A DNA stretch of 58,368 bases, taken from Octopus sinensis (lineage: Eukaryota). The stretch spans positions 1 to 58,368 of the forward strand of contig NW_021833307.1 in the NCBI RefSeq assembly GCF_006345805.1, in the 5' to 3' direction. Made by a program: the position numbers and the translations under genes. The notes beneath the pieces are model-generated. The model did no database searches. It was not told the DNA's origin and saw nothing but the letters and a program-made list of their open reading frames with translations. This document shows, piece after piece, positions 38,892-54,877 of this stretch; position 1 is the stretch's first letter, and the number at the start of each line of letters is the position of its first letter.

Positions 38892-40198
38892 TTATTATTA
38901 TTAGCACTGTCATAACATAATGTAATTTAAACTAATTAAGTTCCCACATGGTGCCACATATGAGACTATCTTTTCGGTCATAATTTTCCATGATGTGCGG
39001 TTGTATGTATACTCCTGAGAGTATCTAGGTCGTCTCCATTTTTCATTGTCTTTTAACGCGTTGTAGTTCTTTTGAGATTACAATAGGTAATGTATTTCGT
39101 GGGCGTCCTCGGGACGCAGATCTTCGTCCTTTGCGTAATATGATTCCATTGCCCAGTTAGCATAGAATCCTGGTCGAGTCTTAGAATGTGGCCCAATAGG
39201 CGCCAACGTGCTTCGGTAATGTCCACACTGACGGGTCTGCTGTTGCAGATATTGTATAGGGTCCTCTTAACAACATTCGCCCAATCATACTCTTGAACAC
39301 AATAAGGAAAATCTTCTCACTCGTAACACTGGAATGTATTAAGGACCCTGTTAATGAATATCTGTCGGCTAGCCAAAGTGGATTCAGGCCTGGGCGATCA
39401 ACTGCAGATGTAGTATGGGGACATAGATGGATCTGTGCCATATCTCAGAAATTTAAAATGGCGACCACAATATTGGGCATTGATATGAGCAGGGCATTTG
39501 ATACAATCCGCAGAGACAAGCTAATGGAGATCCTCAAACCATTCTTGACAATGACTCGATCAGAAGGTTCGAGCACTACTTATAGACACCGAGTTAACGG
39601 TGAAGATCGGACCCGTACAATCAAGATCTTTCAAAACAAGCATTGGAACGCCCCAAGGTGATTCAAATCACCTGTACTATTCATTGTCTATCTTGAAGCG
39701 GCACTAAGAGATCTGAGAAAACTAGTGAAGACTACTTCAATAACTGAAGTGATATATGCCGACGATGTAGACTTTTGTCTCATGATAAGTCGACACTCGA
39801 AGAACTGCTGAACATTGCTCCTCATGCACTGGAAAAATGGTTCTTAAAAGTGAACATAGAAAAACCGAATATGTAACAATCAACCGGGAGGCAAATAGAA
39901 CAGACGAAAAATGGCGAAACTCGAAAAAAGTTGGAACTCTTTTAGGAGATAGTGAAGACATTATGAGGAGAAAGATGCTATCGACTGTTGCACTTAACAA
40001 ACTGCGGACCACTTGGCTACGAAACCGCGAGGGTGGAACGGCCTTACGTGCCAAATTATACAATGCTTTTATTAAACCCATACTTTTGTACAACGGAGGA
40101 ACATGGGGAATATCTGAGTCTGAATCAAAATCTCTTGATGCATTCCATAGAGACAGTTAAGAATTCTTATTGGCATCAACTGGCCAAAGAAAATCAAG
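38892..40198 (-). mobile_element. RTE-clade LINE insertion with internal inversion; present only in copy 2
   Basis: 38892-39259 (minus strand) encodes the RTE C-terminus (LYNICNSRPVSVDITEARWRLLGHILR..GRPRNTLP) followed by (TAA)n. 39260-40198 (plus strand) encodes RT (RPIILLNTIRK, SQSGFRPGRST, GIDMSRAFDT, YADD, KLYNAFIKPILLY). TSD AACAAATCACTATA at 38878-38891 and 40199-40212; empty site at 14559-14572. Confidence 0.92.
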
Positions 40199-40282
40199 AA
40201 CAAATCACTATAATCAAATATAATATTAAAATTTAAAATCAATTAATTAAAAAATTTGATTCAGGAATTATTGGTTGATGTG

Positions 40283-41930
40283 GTGAGCACGTGGACAGAC
40301 CCAAGAGATAACCGGAATCGGATCAGACTACTGAATAAAGTCATAAAACAGTCTGCAAAGGACAAACGGTACTGGAGGGCTGAAAAGTTCGCCAGAAGAT
40401 TAAATGCGGAGGTCTCTCTAACAAAAGTATGGGCATCCTAAAAAGATTCAAAAACCCTGAGAGATTTAAATCAGGTGAGGATAATGGGGCTCCCTTCACC
40501 AAAAAACTGATAAAGTTCTACGCTGAGATCAGTAACATCCCGCACAGGAAATATGATGGACTACGTTTGAAGTTGTTGAAACCTTGAAGATGTCGGGACT
40601 TGATAATCCTCACCTATGAAGAGGTGTCTCAGACTATCAGAAATTTAAGAAGTACTGGCTCTTGTGAACCTGATAAAATTCCTACTATTCTGATGGCAAA
40701 CCTAGGACAGGTGGCAATATCAGCTCTTTGTCAAATTTACAACTTTTCTATAAACAACATTGTGGAAAATGGCACACATTCGTCCTATTCTGAAACCAGG
40801 GAGACCAAAAGACAACTCATATTTCTCCTCTGTGTCCTATCCAAAGTTCTGGAAAAATTTATACTCAATCACATCCAACAATATCTCCCGGATTTGGATT
40901 TTCAACATGGATTTAAATGTGATAAATCAACCACTTTGACGAACTTCATCTCATGTGGAGTATCTGCCAAATCGTATAACCTAAAAACAGTTATGTGCCC
41001 AGTGGATATCCATAAGGATTTTTACTCCGTTTCCAGGAAAATACTGACCAGGAAAATATACAGTGAATTCACCCAAAGCTGAAAAAGTGGCTAGCTAACT
41101 TCCTCAGCGGCCGAAGAGGTAGGATCCAACAAAACAACACAAGATCGATGTCACGATATTTTCCAAACTGAGTCCCTCAAGGCTCACCCCTTTCGTCAAC
41201 TCTTTTTAATTTATTCTTATCGGACCTTCCGCTGCCAAACGACAAACACTCAACGGAGTCGTGAGGTTAACACGGCAAGTTCAAAACTGTACTACCTCCA
41301 CAATCTCGAAAGTTGGCTTTCGATAGATCGACGAGTCCTGAAAAATCAGTCACTACGCTTCTGACTTCAGCAAGGAAATTTGGGGAAATGGTGGTGAACT
41401 TATATCTAAACAACATGGAAATCCCTTTTAAAAAATCCCAGAAAATTCTCGGCGTGACATGAGATAGTCATATGTGTTTCTCCCAACAATTTGAAAATGT
41501 TACTACTAGCTGCATGAAGAAACTGAACATTTTAAGTGTTCCTCCGAAAATGCAAAATTGGATCACAGCATCCCCACACGCCAATCAATCTACCGGCAAT
41601 ACATCGAACCCTTCATTAGTTATGTGTGGGGCGTTGGGAGGGTTAGTCAGTGAAACGAACCGTGAAAAAATCGAAAAAACTCAAGAAAGATTTCGGGAAG
41701 CACTACAAAGACAGAATTAACATCTATCCATCCCCTCATTCAAAGAAATCCTGGGATTCAAAGAAAGCATGGGCCTACAGGTCCCAAAACTCCACCAACG
41801 CGCCCTCATAGAAATTGTGTCGGGACTAGGGTGCAGCACCGGGCAAAGATGAGAACCCTCCTCAGAGAAGCCGGGATCACCTGATTAACTAGTTCTATGT
41901 TTTGGACGGTGATCTTGGTTCTAATAATAA
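40283..41930 (+). mobile_element. I-group LINE (duplicate copy)
   Basis: ORFs 40256-40441, 40600-41082 and 41472-41720; TSD at 40248-40282 and 41931-41963. Confidence 0.85.
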
Positions 41931-42048
41931 TAAAAAATTGATTCAGGAATATTGGTTGATGTGATACCTCCCACCTCCCAATTCTAATAGACGGAAAAAC
42001 CTACAAAAAAACAAATGCAGGCCAAAAGAACTCAAAGAATAATAAAAA

Positions 42049-43027
42049 TCACTCAGCAACAGTAATTTGGTCAAGTTTTTTAGTAACAGCGTGGGCAATC
42101 ATCTCCGAAATATAATCACTGATAATCTCACTAATCTAAAACAACTCAAATAAAACAGAAAACAGCAAATTCCGCAGAAATATCGTAAGCCATGTCGACC
42201 GCAGTGTCAAAAACAGGCATTTTATGTCTAGTAAGTGCAATAATGCAATTCCGAACTCGGGCAATGTCACTAAATTGTTCAGAAACAATCTAAAAATAAG
42301 CAAAAGCACAAACAGCAGAGTTTTCCTGAGCAGGCGACAGCCAAATATTGCCGTTATTACCAAAAACGACACTCACAGCACATGTGAGAGTACAAAAGTG
42401 TGATTTACAGCGTCTAACCAAAGAAGGGGATATTTTGACCAACACTCCCAGATGGAGCTTCCATTAGTGGAGAAAGCCAACCTTGCCATATCTGTTACTC
42501 CGTGAGTGTAGTTGGATACAGCCGTCGGTGGGGACTGTCCGCACTTCCGCACTGATTAGGTCACCTTCGTTGAGGTACGTCTTCATCAGTTTTTCGTCCT
42601 CAAAAGACTTAATTCTCTACTCACTAAGCAAGCAGGCAATCACCGAGTCCCCACTGGGCAGAATCACTGCCGACAGTGGCAGGATTGCGTCTTGACGGGA
42701 ATTTATGTTGACTCTCCACTTCCTGAGGCCCACCCCGACGATTCGACCGACAACCACGTCCCCCACTTCCCCCATGTATCTGGTCTTTAGTGGGATGACT
42801 CGGGCTAGTTGATTCACGTAGTTCACTACTCCAGCAATTGTGGCCTTTATTTCGCCCTTGTTGTCTCGGACTGTGCCGTGGCCACTTTGTGGTTAGTTTG
42901 GTTGTTTATACTGCATGTACATTGGGTTGGTCACGATTGTGTCTCCGGGCACTACTATTCCACTCACACTGCTTTCTGTTTTTTCTTTTTTGGTTCTATT
43001 TTTTAATGAATAGATAATAGTAGACAT
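42049..43027 (-). CDS. EXOSC2: Exosome subunit Rrp4 (duplicate)
   Basis: Near-identical; synonymous differences at codons 2-3 (TCC ACG versus TCT ACT). Confidence 0.9.
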
Positions 43028-43178
43028 GCCACACAACACTACTCGATATATTAAATTTATTTAATAATAAATAAATCATCACTTAATCTCAATAAATAAT
43101 ATTCCTCAACTTTAAATTAGTCATAAATAGAGGGTCGGCTTCCCTATTGAAAAAAACAAATTGATATAAATGTTTAAA

Positions 43179-45155
43179 TTTTTTTTTTGGAAGATTAAAA
43201 AATATATTAAGAGTATGAGAAATCGTCAAAAAAAACTAGCTATTATGTACTGGCTCGCAGGATTGAAAGACAATTCCCGCGTAAAACAGCCTGCGAGATC
43301 CTCTGAATAAGGAATATAAATTCCCTCGGATCTCTGGAGCGGTAGGTGCACAGGCGGCCAAGTTTCTTGAGATGAGCAAGCGTCTTGGCCCCAAAAACAC
43401 AGGAAGTTTCGACGGCAATTGCCCAAAAGCAAAATCGATCGCGTAAATCGTCGTATTTCGTTAGTTTTGTGAATTCGGCCATCTCAGCCGACGAACCGGG
43501 TCGACAAGCCGTAGCATTTAAGGCACCCTTGGCGAAAGAGTCAGAACAGGTGACGTCCCACACGAGCTGCTTCCCGGATTCAAAAGCGAAAAGCGTACAG
43601 CCGTCTGGACGTTTTGCATCTTCAAGAACAAGGCCCGTCGGTTCCAGAATAGAGGGGAAACCAGCTCTTTCCAGAGCTTTGTGAATTAGATTGTTGATTT
43701 CGGTGTGCCGAGGGAATCGGCCGGGGCTCATTCGACAAGACAGAGGATGTAACCCAAAGACGTCAACTTTATCTCCACAACGACATGGGTGAGGTCTGCA
43801 GACAGGGAGTCCAAGGCGATTGCAGATACCCAAGCGGAGTGAATCCCTATCGAGGACAGTATCCAAAAGCGGAGATGGGAGTACATTCAGCCAGGAGCCT
43901 GAGTATGGCTGACAGGCGGAACGGAAACAAGCCAGTCTGTGTTGGTCGAGGAGTGGTTCCAAGTCAGTTGAAGATCGACGGCAAAGAATTTTGTCCCAGT
44001 CTCGCTGAGAAAAGACATCGGAAGGGACTTCAGAGAAATTGCGTTTCCAAAGAGCGAGGGCCGAATCAATATCAGAGTCCAACGATGATTCAGTAGTTTT
44101 TTCCAGAATCTTTTGGACAAGAAGATATGATCCAGACGCCGAAGAAAGAAAGGCAGGAAGAGCCAAATCCATACTAGAACGGAGGCCCAGACCCCCGTGA
44201 CTCACAGGAAGTTTAGCCTGACACCAGGCAATATCGTCGAAATGCACATTGAGAATTTTCTCCGCAGACCTCCGAACCAAGGAATCATAAGATTCCAGCA
44301 TTTGGGTGGCATAAAAACAAGGTGAGCTCCTCAGGATATAAACAATTTTTGGGATCAAAAGATAGTTCTTGAGGATGTAGAATGAAGGATGAGAATCAAT
44401 GACAGAAAGTTTTTCACAAAGAGATGCAATAAGATTTTTTTTGGCAAGCAGGATTCGTGTAGCTGAGTCGGCGAGAATCGGTGACCCCAGAATTTCCAGA
44501 TCAGACAGAGGTGTCTGTCTCAACTCAGGAAGGAGTCCGCAAAAAAGAGAGAAGGAGTTCTTAAACAGGGATGGCTCAACAGAGAGATTGACAATCTCGG
44601 ACTTGCTGGAATTAATAACCAGACCAATGTCGGATAAAGCCGGAATTAGACTGGCTAAGTCCTTTAGCAAAACATCAGGCGGACCGCCAAGGGTGCAATC
44701 GTCGAGATACCAAAGATTAAGGGGTGATTCGTTAACGCGGGCAATGGCATCCACGGCAAGAGCGAACAGTAATGGGCCCAAAGGATCCCCCTGTTGGACG
44801 CCACAGGACGAAGAAATGAAAGAACCACCGGCGATTAAAAGTGATGGAAGCGAGTACGAAAGCGATATAAAGGGAAGCAAGTGTGGAACACGGTCTTGGC
44901 AGACCTCCAACATATGACCACGGTCCAGAGAATTGAAAGCATTAGTTACATCCAGTTTCAATAAGGCAAGGGAAATATTGGAACGAGTAGAACCGTGAAT
45001 AAAACAACGACAGGCATGGACAGAAGACTCGCAACCGCCAGGAACACCCACACCCAACTGAATGGGCTGCAGTTGCTCGCCAATAGAAGGAATAACTGAC
45101 TTACAACAGACTTTCGCTTTGCCGCTTAGGAATAAATTGCACAAGTTAGTGCAAG
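43179..45155 (-). mobile_element. CRE-like family D element (duplicate copy)
   Basis: ORF 43243-45144, differing by a few residues; TSD at 43169-43178 and 45156-45165. Confidence 0.93.
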
Positions 45156-45229
45156 AATGTTTAAATTAGACAAAACTCAATCCGATAGAATAATTAACAA
45201 AGAACGGGAAAATTGCGAAGAAATGTGAA

Positions 45230-46054
45230 CTAGTCATTGAGCAAAGGAAATGAATAATGAGAAATGCCCCCATCTCTACTCAGCATGGAAACGACGACAG
45301 AATCCCCAACTTCTATAAGTCGATGTGAAGCAGCTCTAAATATATTCTGACAACAGGCATTAATCTCATCAACACTCATATCCACATCTTCACTTCTGGT
45401 CACCTTTTCAGTACCAGAAATGTTGTGTTTGCCCACCTGAAATCCTCATAGACAAAATACCAGATTAGCCAAAAGAGGAGTCATAATAGCAGCCCCCATT
45501 CCACTGGCCGAGTAAATAACCTTTTCAATGCAGCCGACTGGGTCGTAGTCGTAGACACACGCACTTCCTGCCATCCAACCACCACCAACAACCTTCGTTG
45601 TCAAATCCGGCCACCACAGGGAAGGCGTAGTAAGGAAAGAACCTCTTGCTGTACAACTTCATGGCCAAACGATGGGAGAATGAATCACATGTTAAAGGCA
45701 GACTGGAGTCCTCGTCATATCTCTACCCAATTACTCACCACACCACCTCCACGATCAATTTCATCTCCTTGACCAAGGTGGTGGCATCCCCCTGATATCC
45801 ACATGTGCTCATTAGTATATTTTTATTACTATTTAGTCATTAAGGGCTATACATTTGGTGGTTTCTGTTCATTTCCCGAGAGAGAATTTGGTATCCGGAC
45901 GTAAGACGAGTGTCAGATGCGAGTACAACGTAATTTTTGGTAGCAATACCAATGACTGAACTAACATGTTATTCACATGAGGAAAATACCCCCCGTTAAA
46001 TTCGTAGGGGTTCCATTGCTCCTCTTTTGATGTCAAAATTGAACTTATCATCAC
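45230..46054 (-). CDS. PSMB1: Proteasome subunit beta type-1 (duplicate)
   Basis: Same exons; substitutions cluster in the last intron. Confidence 0.9.
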
Positions 46055-46229
46055 TAGAGCTATAACGTTCTATTAATTATTATTTAAATTGCAAAAATGA
46101 ATTTTATTGATATATTAGATATAATTTGAATGCTTTTTAATATTTTACAGAAAATAAGTTTTTTAAACAATTTATTATAGGATCATACGTGGATTAAAAA
46201 TGTCAAAAACAATGTTATAAATAAATTGA

Positions 46230-47271
46230 TTATTGGAAATAGGAGATCAATGCGGTTATCACTGTGCCCAATATTAATCCGAATAATTCTATAGAAAAAA
46301 GAATTATTCCAATTTTTGTAGAACTATTATCTTTAAGCAAACTGAGTCTGTTTTTTTTGACTTGTTGTGTCTGGGCAGTCAAATAATATGAGAACCATTC
46401 CATTAATCGAAACGTTGAGAAATACTCCAGCAACAAAAGCCAGGCCCCAATTAAGTATTCCTGTAATATTCCCAAAAATAATCCCAACAAAGAACCCAAA
46501 ATAAAAAAATGCTACTGAAATAAAATTGAGAATTAAAATCTTCTTTTTAGAAAACTCCATGCTCAGGAAAATAGAAATATCACCTAAATTGTAACGAAAA
46601 ACACGTGCCAATTTCGTGAGTAAATTCTTCAAAGAATATTATAATGCTTAAACTAAGACCAAATACAATGCTGGTCGAATAAGCAATGCTCAAAGAGAAT
46701 CCGTCCATAAATTTATGAATGCTGTCCCCAACAATCATAGAAACGACCAACGAGTTGTCAATTGGTTCTTGTTCCTTTTATACTTTAATAAGAATTACAA
46801 ATTGAATCGGTTCTTGACATTTATAATTCGAATAAAAGTCGGAAATAGAACTGAATATATATATTAACAAGTTTCCGATCTGCATCACTATGCCTTTCCA
46901 AAGAATTGTTTTTTTAGGTTCGTCGATTGCGAAAATCTGCGACTTTAAGTGACAATCGGACAACCTCAGGTATCAAAAATAGGAGAGTGGCACTACTAGT
47001 CGCCCCAATAGACAGTGTTATGAAAAACAGGAGCATATATTTGTATAATGAATATTTGCTTATAAACACAAATGAAATCCCGAAAGCAGATAATAACGAG
47101 AATACTAATAAAGTCAGCAGCCCACACATCCACACTGAATTTAAAATCATCAAAAATACCTAATCGTTTGCTTGGCAATTTATGGTTTGATGGATTTTCG
47201 TTGTTGGCGGGTGATTTGTTCAAAACCATGTGGCTGTTTATCCCAATGAACAGAAGGGGCAAGTAATACAT
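46230..47271 (-). CDS. ZIP transporter (duplicate)
   Basis: Identical ORF set at offset +25647. Confidence 0.85.
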
Positions 47272-48473
47272 TTATCAAATTCACGAATGCTTTATTATTA
47301 TTTGAGTTTGATTGATTTTATCAAAATTCCGAGAACTTTTGATATTTAGGTTAATGGGAAAATGGGAAATTATAAGTCAATTTTTGATGATCCTTCGATT
47401 CGATGGAGGATTTTATCACGTTCAACTTGAATTTTAACGAGCATTATTTTTAGAAGTTGGTTTTTCATTCGGGAATATATATTATTACTTTAAAATTCTG
47501 TTATCTCAGTTGTTTCAAATAACTTTCACGTAGGTTTCTAGAATTATTTAAAAAGGATTTTTAAAGGATATTCTATTTGTTTAATTGTACTATTTTCACC
47601 CTTTTATTACTCGAATTGACATTTACCATTAAAGATAACTTTAATTATCAATAATTGAATTGTATAAAATAATTTTTCTGACTAAAAAGATGAGGATAAA
47701 TCAAAGCATCGAAAAAGATTGTCAAGAAATGGTGAAATTTCAAATTTTTTTTTTAATTGTAGAAACTTTTTAAAAATCAAATATAAAAACTGTTTAAGCT
47801 TGACCTCTTTCTTTGACACAATGCCCTGTTATCCTGAAGTATGAACTTGCAGAAATATTCATGAACCAGCAAATCATTTCCTGAATTTTGATAAAAGTTG
47901 AGCATTTTCTTCCGTTGAGGAGTTTTTTTCAATAAAATTTATTTTGTAAATATTTGTAGATATTTTTTTAGATATAAAATATCTAAATATATATTTTATT
48001 TTCAAAAGTTTTACGTTTGGTAAAAGTCGCATGAGTAAGTTAATTATCCATAAACACGTCTTTCCACGCATATTCTAAATCACTATTTAGTTTAATCGAC
48101 GTGGTCATTCGCAACTCCATTGCTGACTGGGTCCTTTAGTTGTTCCAGACATGTGTCTGTGTCTGTACATGTCTAGTCTTCCATCGATTTTGTATTAGTT
48201 GCGTAGCACTGGCTGACACATGTACTTTATATGGCGGCTGGTTGATACTATAATTCTATTAAAATGTCTGTGAAAAATACGTAAATGTTGATTATGTATG
48301 GAAGGCCGTATTTCCCAGCATTAAGATAGCCTTAATGTCTATATTTTGTTTTCTTTTGTCGCTGCTATGCAACCTGTCATTTTAATTACTATTTTTTATA
48401 AATTTTGCTATTAGCGTGGGCAATGTAGGTTTTGGGACTGTTTTTAGATTGTGACTGTCATGTCGAAGGATTG

Positions 48474-50233
48474 ATGATGGCTTCGGAAACCCCTGGAGAC
48501 TTAGTTATGGAAGAAGACTGTAGTTATGACGAAGAACTGTCGAGAGATGAAATGTACGAATATGCTCGTCTTATTGGGGTGGACCCACAAACAGAGCCCG
48601 GTCTCATGTACATTGTCCAGGAAGGACTGAAAGCACCACTTCCCGAACATTGGAAGCCCATGTAACCTTATAAGTAATTGAACAGTCTTCGGGAGAATGG
48701 ACAAATTTATTATTTTAATTTTTTGACCTCAAAAAGCACCTGGGAACACCCATGTGATGATTTCTACAGGAAAATGGCAGATCGAGAAAGATCACAGAGA
48801 ACGCTGATTAAAGAACCTCAAAAAATTAACGGACATTTGGAAAAGGCTACAAATGGGACAACCCCTATCAATCTAGTCCCAGAAAACAGCCTAGTGATCC
48901 CATTTGACTCATTTGTAGTTCAGTTTTGGAAGGGAGGTCAGTGATGAGTACGAACTGTCAAGTAAACACGAAGACTCGCCAAGGTTGTGACTTATTTATG
49001 GCTGATCAGCAGAAATCGGGAAGTCAAGAACTCAGAAAGACAGGTAGAGAACTCTGAGGGCTTGGATTCGTACGAGGTAGTTGTAGTTTGGAGGAATCGT
49101 AGAATGACAATTATGTTTTGCAGCCATCAAAAATCGTTTCATTCAAGCAAAAGAAATCGGAAATTATTGACTTTGGTCGACTAGGTGAGCAGAAATCGAA
49201 CGGGCTATGTCGAAAAAATAACCACAAATTAAAAAATCACTACAAATCAACAAATCATTTAAAAGCAACTCAAAATTATATCCTCAATAAAAAACCTAAA
49301 CTGGATAACCTCCCTTCGAATTCTAAAAAAGCGAATAAATTAGTTGGGGATGAACATTTAAAAAGTCCAAATACCTGCAGTGTAGTTCCGGATTGTTGCA
49401 ATAAGCAAGACTCTGTTTTTGAGAACCAAACATTTTGTTCTCAAAATGGTTTAACAGACAATGAAAACAGTCATTTATCCAAAATAGTGTCAAAAAATGT
49501 CATTTCTAATCAATTTGCGGCCAAAGGTATTTTGTTGGACACCGAATCTAAAAATGTGTGGCTTTTAATGTATTTCTGTATAGAATGGAGAAATTGACAA
49601 TTTGCTATCAAAGTTATCCCTTTCAACACAAAATGAGCAGTCCTGTCATTCCGAGGTTAGTGATCTTGACATTTATAATGGTAGATTTATGGAGAATCAA
49701 CTTCTACCCATATTCGACTGTATATCCCTTAATTAAATGTTTCAGTCCAGAAAACCAATTAAAACATTCCAAAAGTGTTACTGTGGGTGAAATCAAGAAT
49801 GGAACATTTAATTATCACACATCAAATAATTCAGAAAACCGCTGTATGACTATTGCCCTTTAAATACACTTAGCTGCTGATCAAGTGTTTACTACACACA
49901 AAATGGGCCTGTCCTCCCAACCTACTGCCTTCCGTTTGTGAGGTGATTGTGACTTGTTAGAAGCCCGTTTTAACAATAATCGAATTCCTACGAATATGCT
50001 CAAGTCGTATGACCAGGCTGAAAGATCCCTGGAAGCCAAATGGAGGCGATACCAGGAACTGCAGAAGACTGGAGTCAAAGAAGTGCTTACTAGACCAGCA
50101 AATAAGTAATTTTGAAATATATGAACTGCATAGACCATTGGAAGACACGACAGTCAATGATCGACTGTCTAATCACAGAAAATGGCTTTCAAAACTCCAA
50201 GACGACATAACAGCCCACCTTTGTCGCAAATGA
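48474..50233 (+). CDS. CEP164: CEP164-like protein (duplicate)
   Basis: Near-identical at offset +25647. Confidence 0.7.
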
Positions 50234-50383
50234 TGAAATGTCTGTCCATACTGTGTATAAATATATGCCTCTTAATTTACTGTTCCAATTTTTGTGCGAA
50301 TATAAAGATTTTGTTCCCTTTAAAACAGGCAGTTTAGATGGATGGACAAATTTAATTAAACAAAGAAAAAGACTGGTTAAAGG

Positions 50384-50712
50384 CTAGATTCTGTAAGAGT
50401 GTTTGTTGCGGGTGAGGTAGTTTATGATAAATTCGATTGGATCGGGGGGTCTCTCCTTGGCCAAGGACATCATGGACTGAATTAGAATCGGAACAACTGT
50501 TTTGTGGAGGTAGTCACGTTCGGGAAGACTATTTAATTCGAGTCTTTGAACTTTGTTCATTTCGTGGATTCCAGTCTGTTGATAAGGCAATAAAAGTACT
50601 TGGCTTCGAGAATCGAAAAATGTTTTCTGTTCCATACTATCAATAGAATCACTGTTTATATTTCCAGAAGTCATAACTAATATTGACAATCAATTTGTAT
50701 ACAGTTATCCAT
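50384..50712 (-). CDS. DPY30: Dpy-30 (duplicate)
   Basis: Identical ORF at offset +25647. Confidence 0.85.
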
Positions 50713-51036
50713 ACTCACAGCAACCAATTAAAACAAAAATTTATTAAACAATATTTTAAATATTTATAATAAAACACATAAAAAAATTAATCTTTTTCTT
50801 GTGAAGCTAATCAAATAACATTTATACTAATTTAAAATGATTGGGCAAAATTCTTTAGTTCGTGGAATGTATCTGATTTATTTTCAGCACAATTTCACAT
50901 TTAGAATTTTAAAAAATTAGAAAAATGTTGTAGATTGCCAATATAAAATATTATTATTAAAATAATTTTATATTATTTCCGAATATTCACGACAATAAGC
51001 CACGCTATTTAAATAGTCTCTTTCTCATTTTGATAA

Positions 51037-52206
<1,170 letters not shown>

Positions 52207-52523
52207 AAATATTGATATAAATGGTTTATTGTTCTAAATAAAGGAAATTAATGTTATTTAATTATGTTCTGTCGCTATAGGAGTAGATTAATTTTTAGTT
52301 CATCATCATTAAAACACCCCACCCTCATTAGTTGACCCAAATAACTAATATCTGGAACATTAAATATTACTGTAAAAGAAAGAGTATTCCCACAAATCAA
52401 GCTAAGGTGATGGATCAGCAATCTGAAGTACAAATGATCAAATTCCATCCAAAGGAGTGGGTGGACTATTATATAAAGCGGTTTACAGAAAGTTATGGGA
52501 GGTATGTGGAATGTTGCCTTCTA

Positions 52524-54135
52524 CAGTCCGACCCCCAAATGGGGCACCAAGTGCCCCAAAATGCGGGGGTGCCCCAAAAACAGGGGTTTGTTATTTTTTT
52601 AAAAATTAAACCATTAATAAACATCAAAAAACATTTTTACTAAAATATTCAGTTATTTTCTTTTTATTTGTAGAGTTTTGTCTGATATTGTTCGTCAATT
52701 TCAGCCGAAAATCAAAAAAATCTCGGAGCATACTTGGTGCAACATTAGAAATTTTTTCTTCTAAATTGTTAAGCAGATCTTTTGTTTTTGCTACGACATT
52801 TTCACTATTTTCGGTTTCTGAATATGTATCATAAACATTATTGTTCATGTCTTCGCATTCTCCATCAATTGTTTCGTTAACAACTTGATCTAAATGTTCA
52901 TCTGTTAGACAGTTTTTTGTTGCATAAGAATCACGGTTCCTGTCGATTTTCTTCCAACAATTAACAATACTTTTAGCATCTATTTTCTCCCATCCTTTTG
53001 AAATTAGCATCATAACCTGACGCAAATTTAATTTACCAATAGAATGTGTAAAATCGTTTTCGAAATCTTGAAAACATAAAAATTCCATTAAGAAAGAGGA
53101 ATAATAATCTTTAAAAATCTTGATTATTCCCATATCCAAAGGTTGTAAATAGGGCGTTGTATTTTTCGGCAAAAATATTTTAATACTTTCTGGTCATATT
53201 TTTCAAAATAATTTTTCACATAAGATAAATCACATGAAGCTTTTTCACCACATATTGACTTGAATTGAAGTTCATGCCGCAATTTAAATCTATCAAGCCA
53301 CCCATTGGAAGCTTTAAAAGAAGTAAATCCAATTTTTGAAGCTGTAACTAAGGCAATTTTTTTCAAAATAGGGCCTGAAATCGGAATTTTATCTACGCGT
53401 AGTCTTTGAAATATTTCAAAGACTTGATCATCAAATTTATCTTTATCGGCTTTAAATGTGTCATATTCCTCAGAAATAGTATTGCCGTGTTGCAAGAAAG
53501 GTACAATATTTCGTTTTATTCTTGATATTGTTCCTTTACTTGTGTTGTACTTTTTCATTAGTTGCCTCTCAGATAAATTTTTCTTCAAAATTTCTTTAGC
53601 AATCTTCAATTTAGTTTCGTAATCCATAACCACAACAATAAAAATATAAATTGAAAATAAAACAAAAAATAATTAATTTATTATAATTTTATTTTATTTT
53701 TAATTCCTTATAAATGATTTTATGGTGCCCCAAAAATTCCATAATTTTTTATCGATTTTTATTTTTTTTCTGCCAAAATGTACTTTTGGAATAAAGTGCC
53801 CCAAATTGCGGGGGTGCCCCAAAATCCGAGGGTGCCCCACCCCTGGGGTCTGCCCCATTTTGGGGTCGGACTGTAGTTTCGTAATCCATAACCACAACAA
53901 TAAAAATATAAATTGAAAATAAAACAAAAAATAATTAATTTATTATAATTTTATTTTATTTTTAATTCCTTATAAATGATTTTATGGTGCCCCAAAAATT
54001 CCATAATTTTTTATCGATTTTTATTTTTTTTCTGCCAAAATGTACTTTTGGAATAAAGTGCCCCAAATTGCGGGGGTGCCCCAAAATCCGAGGGTGCCCC
54101 ACCCCTGGGGTCTGCCCCATTTTGGGGTCGGACTG
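52524..54135 (-). mobile_element. pogo/Tigger element (duplicate copy)
   Basis: Same structure; right TIRs end at 53873 and 54135. Confidence 0.9.
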
Positions 54136-54877
54136 TAGTCACTTTAAAGGTTATTAATTAATTTTTTAAAAAGGTGTTAAAAAGATAACAGACCAAGAAT
54201 GAGAAAATAGGTAAAATGGTATTTTTTGCCATTAATAAATAAATTAGAAAAAATTATTTTGAAAAAAATTTGAAAATTTTTCATTTGTACAACAACGAAC
54301 ACAATTTTTTGGCAAAACAATAATGGGATTTATATCAGTTATACGCAAAAAAACGAATGCTAATTCTATCTCTTCAAAATTTCCATATGAAATCGCACAA
54401 AAATAATGTAACTTTGAGTGATGTAATTTAAAGATTAAAGTTAAAAAAGATTTTGGTGCTAATCATGCGCTAAGATTGGAAGAAATTGAGATGCCTATGC
54501 CAATATGGCTGCAGTAGAATTATTACTAATAAATAATCTAGTCAAAATAACAATGAATGCTTAAAATTAGATTCGCTACGAAATTGAAAAACGGAACGTG
54601 TACGGATTTTGGAACAAAAATGATTAAAAACCATAAAAATTATTTACAATAAAATTTCCATCGAATATTTTTTAATTCAAATTTTTTGTCCTATTTTTTC
54701 AATTTCCATTAAATATTTCTGTGAAAATAGATTATGTAAATTAGTTCGAGGATCAGCGTTGAAGCTCTAAAAATTAGTGTTTAAGTCACTTATAACCAAG
54801 CGTTTGGATTTTTCTTGGAATTTTTTGTTAAGATATTAAGACATTTATTGATCAAAGAAGCAGGGTAAAACAGTTAA

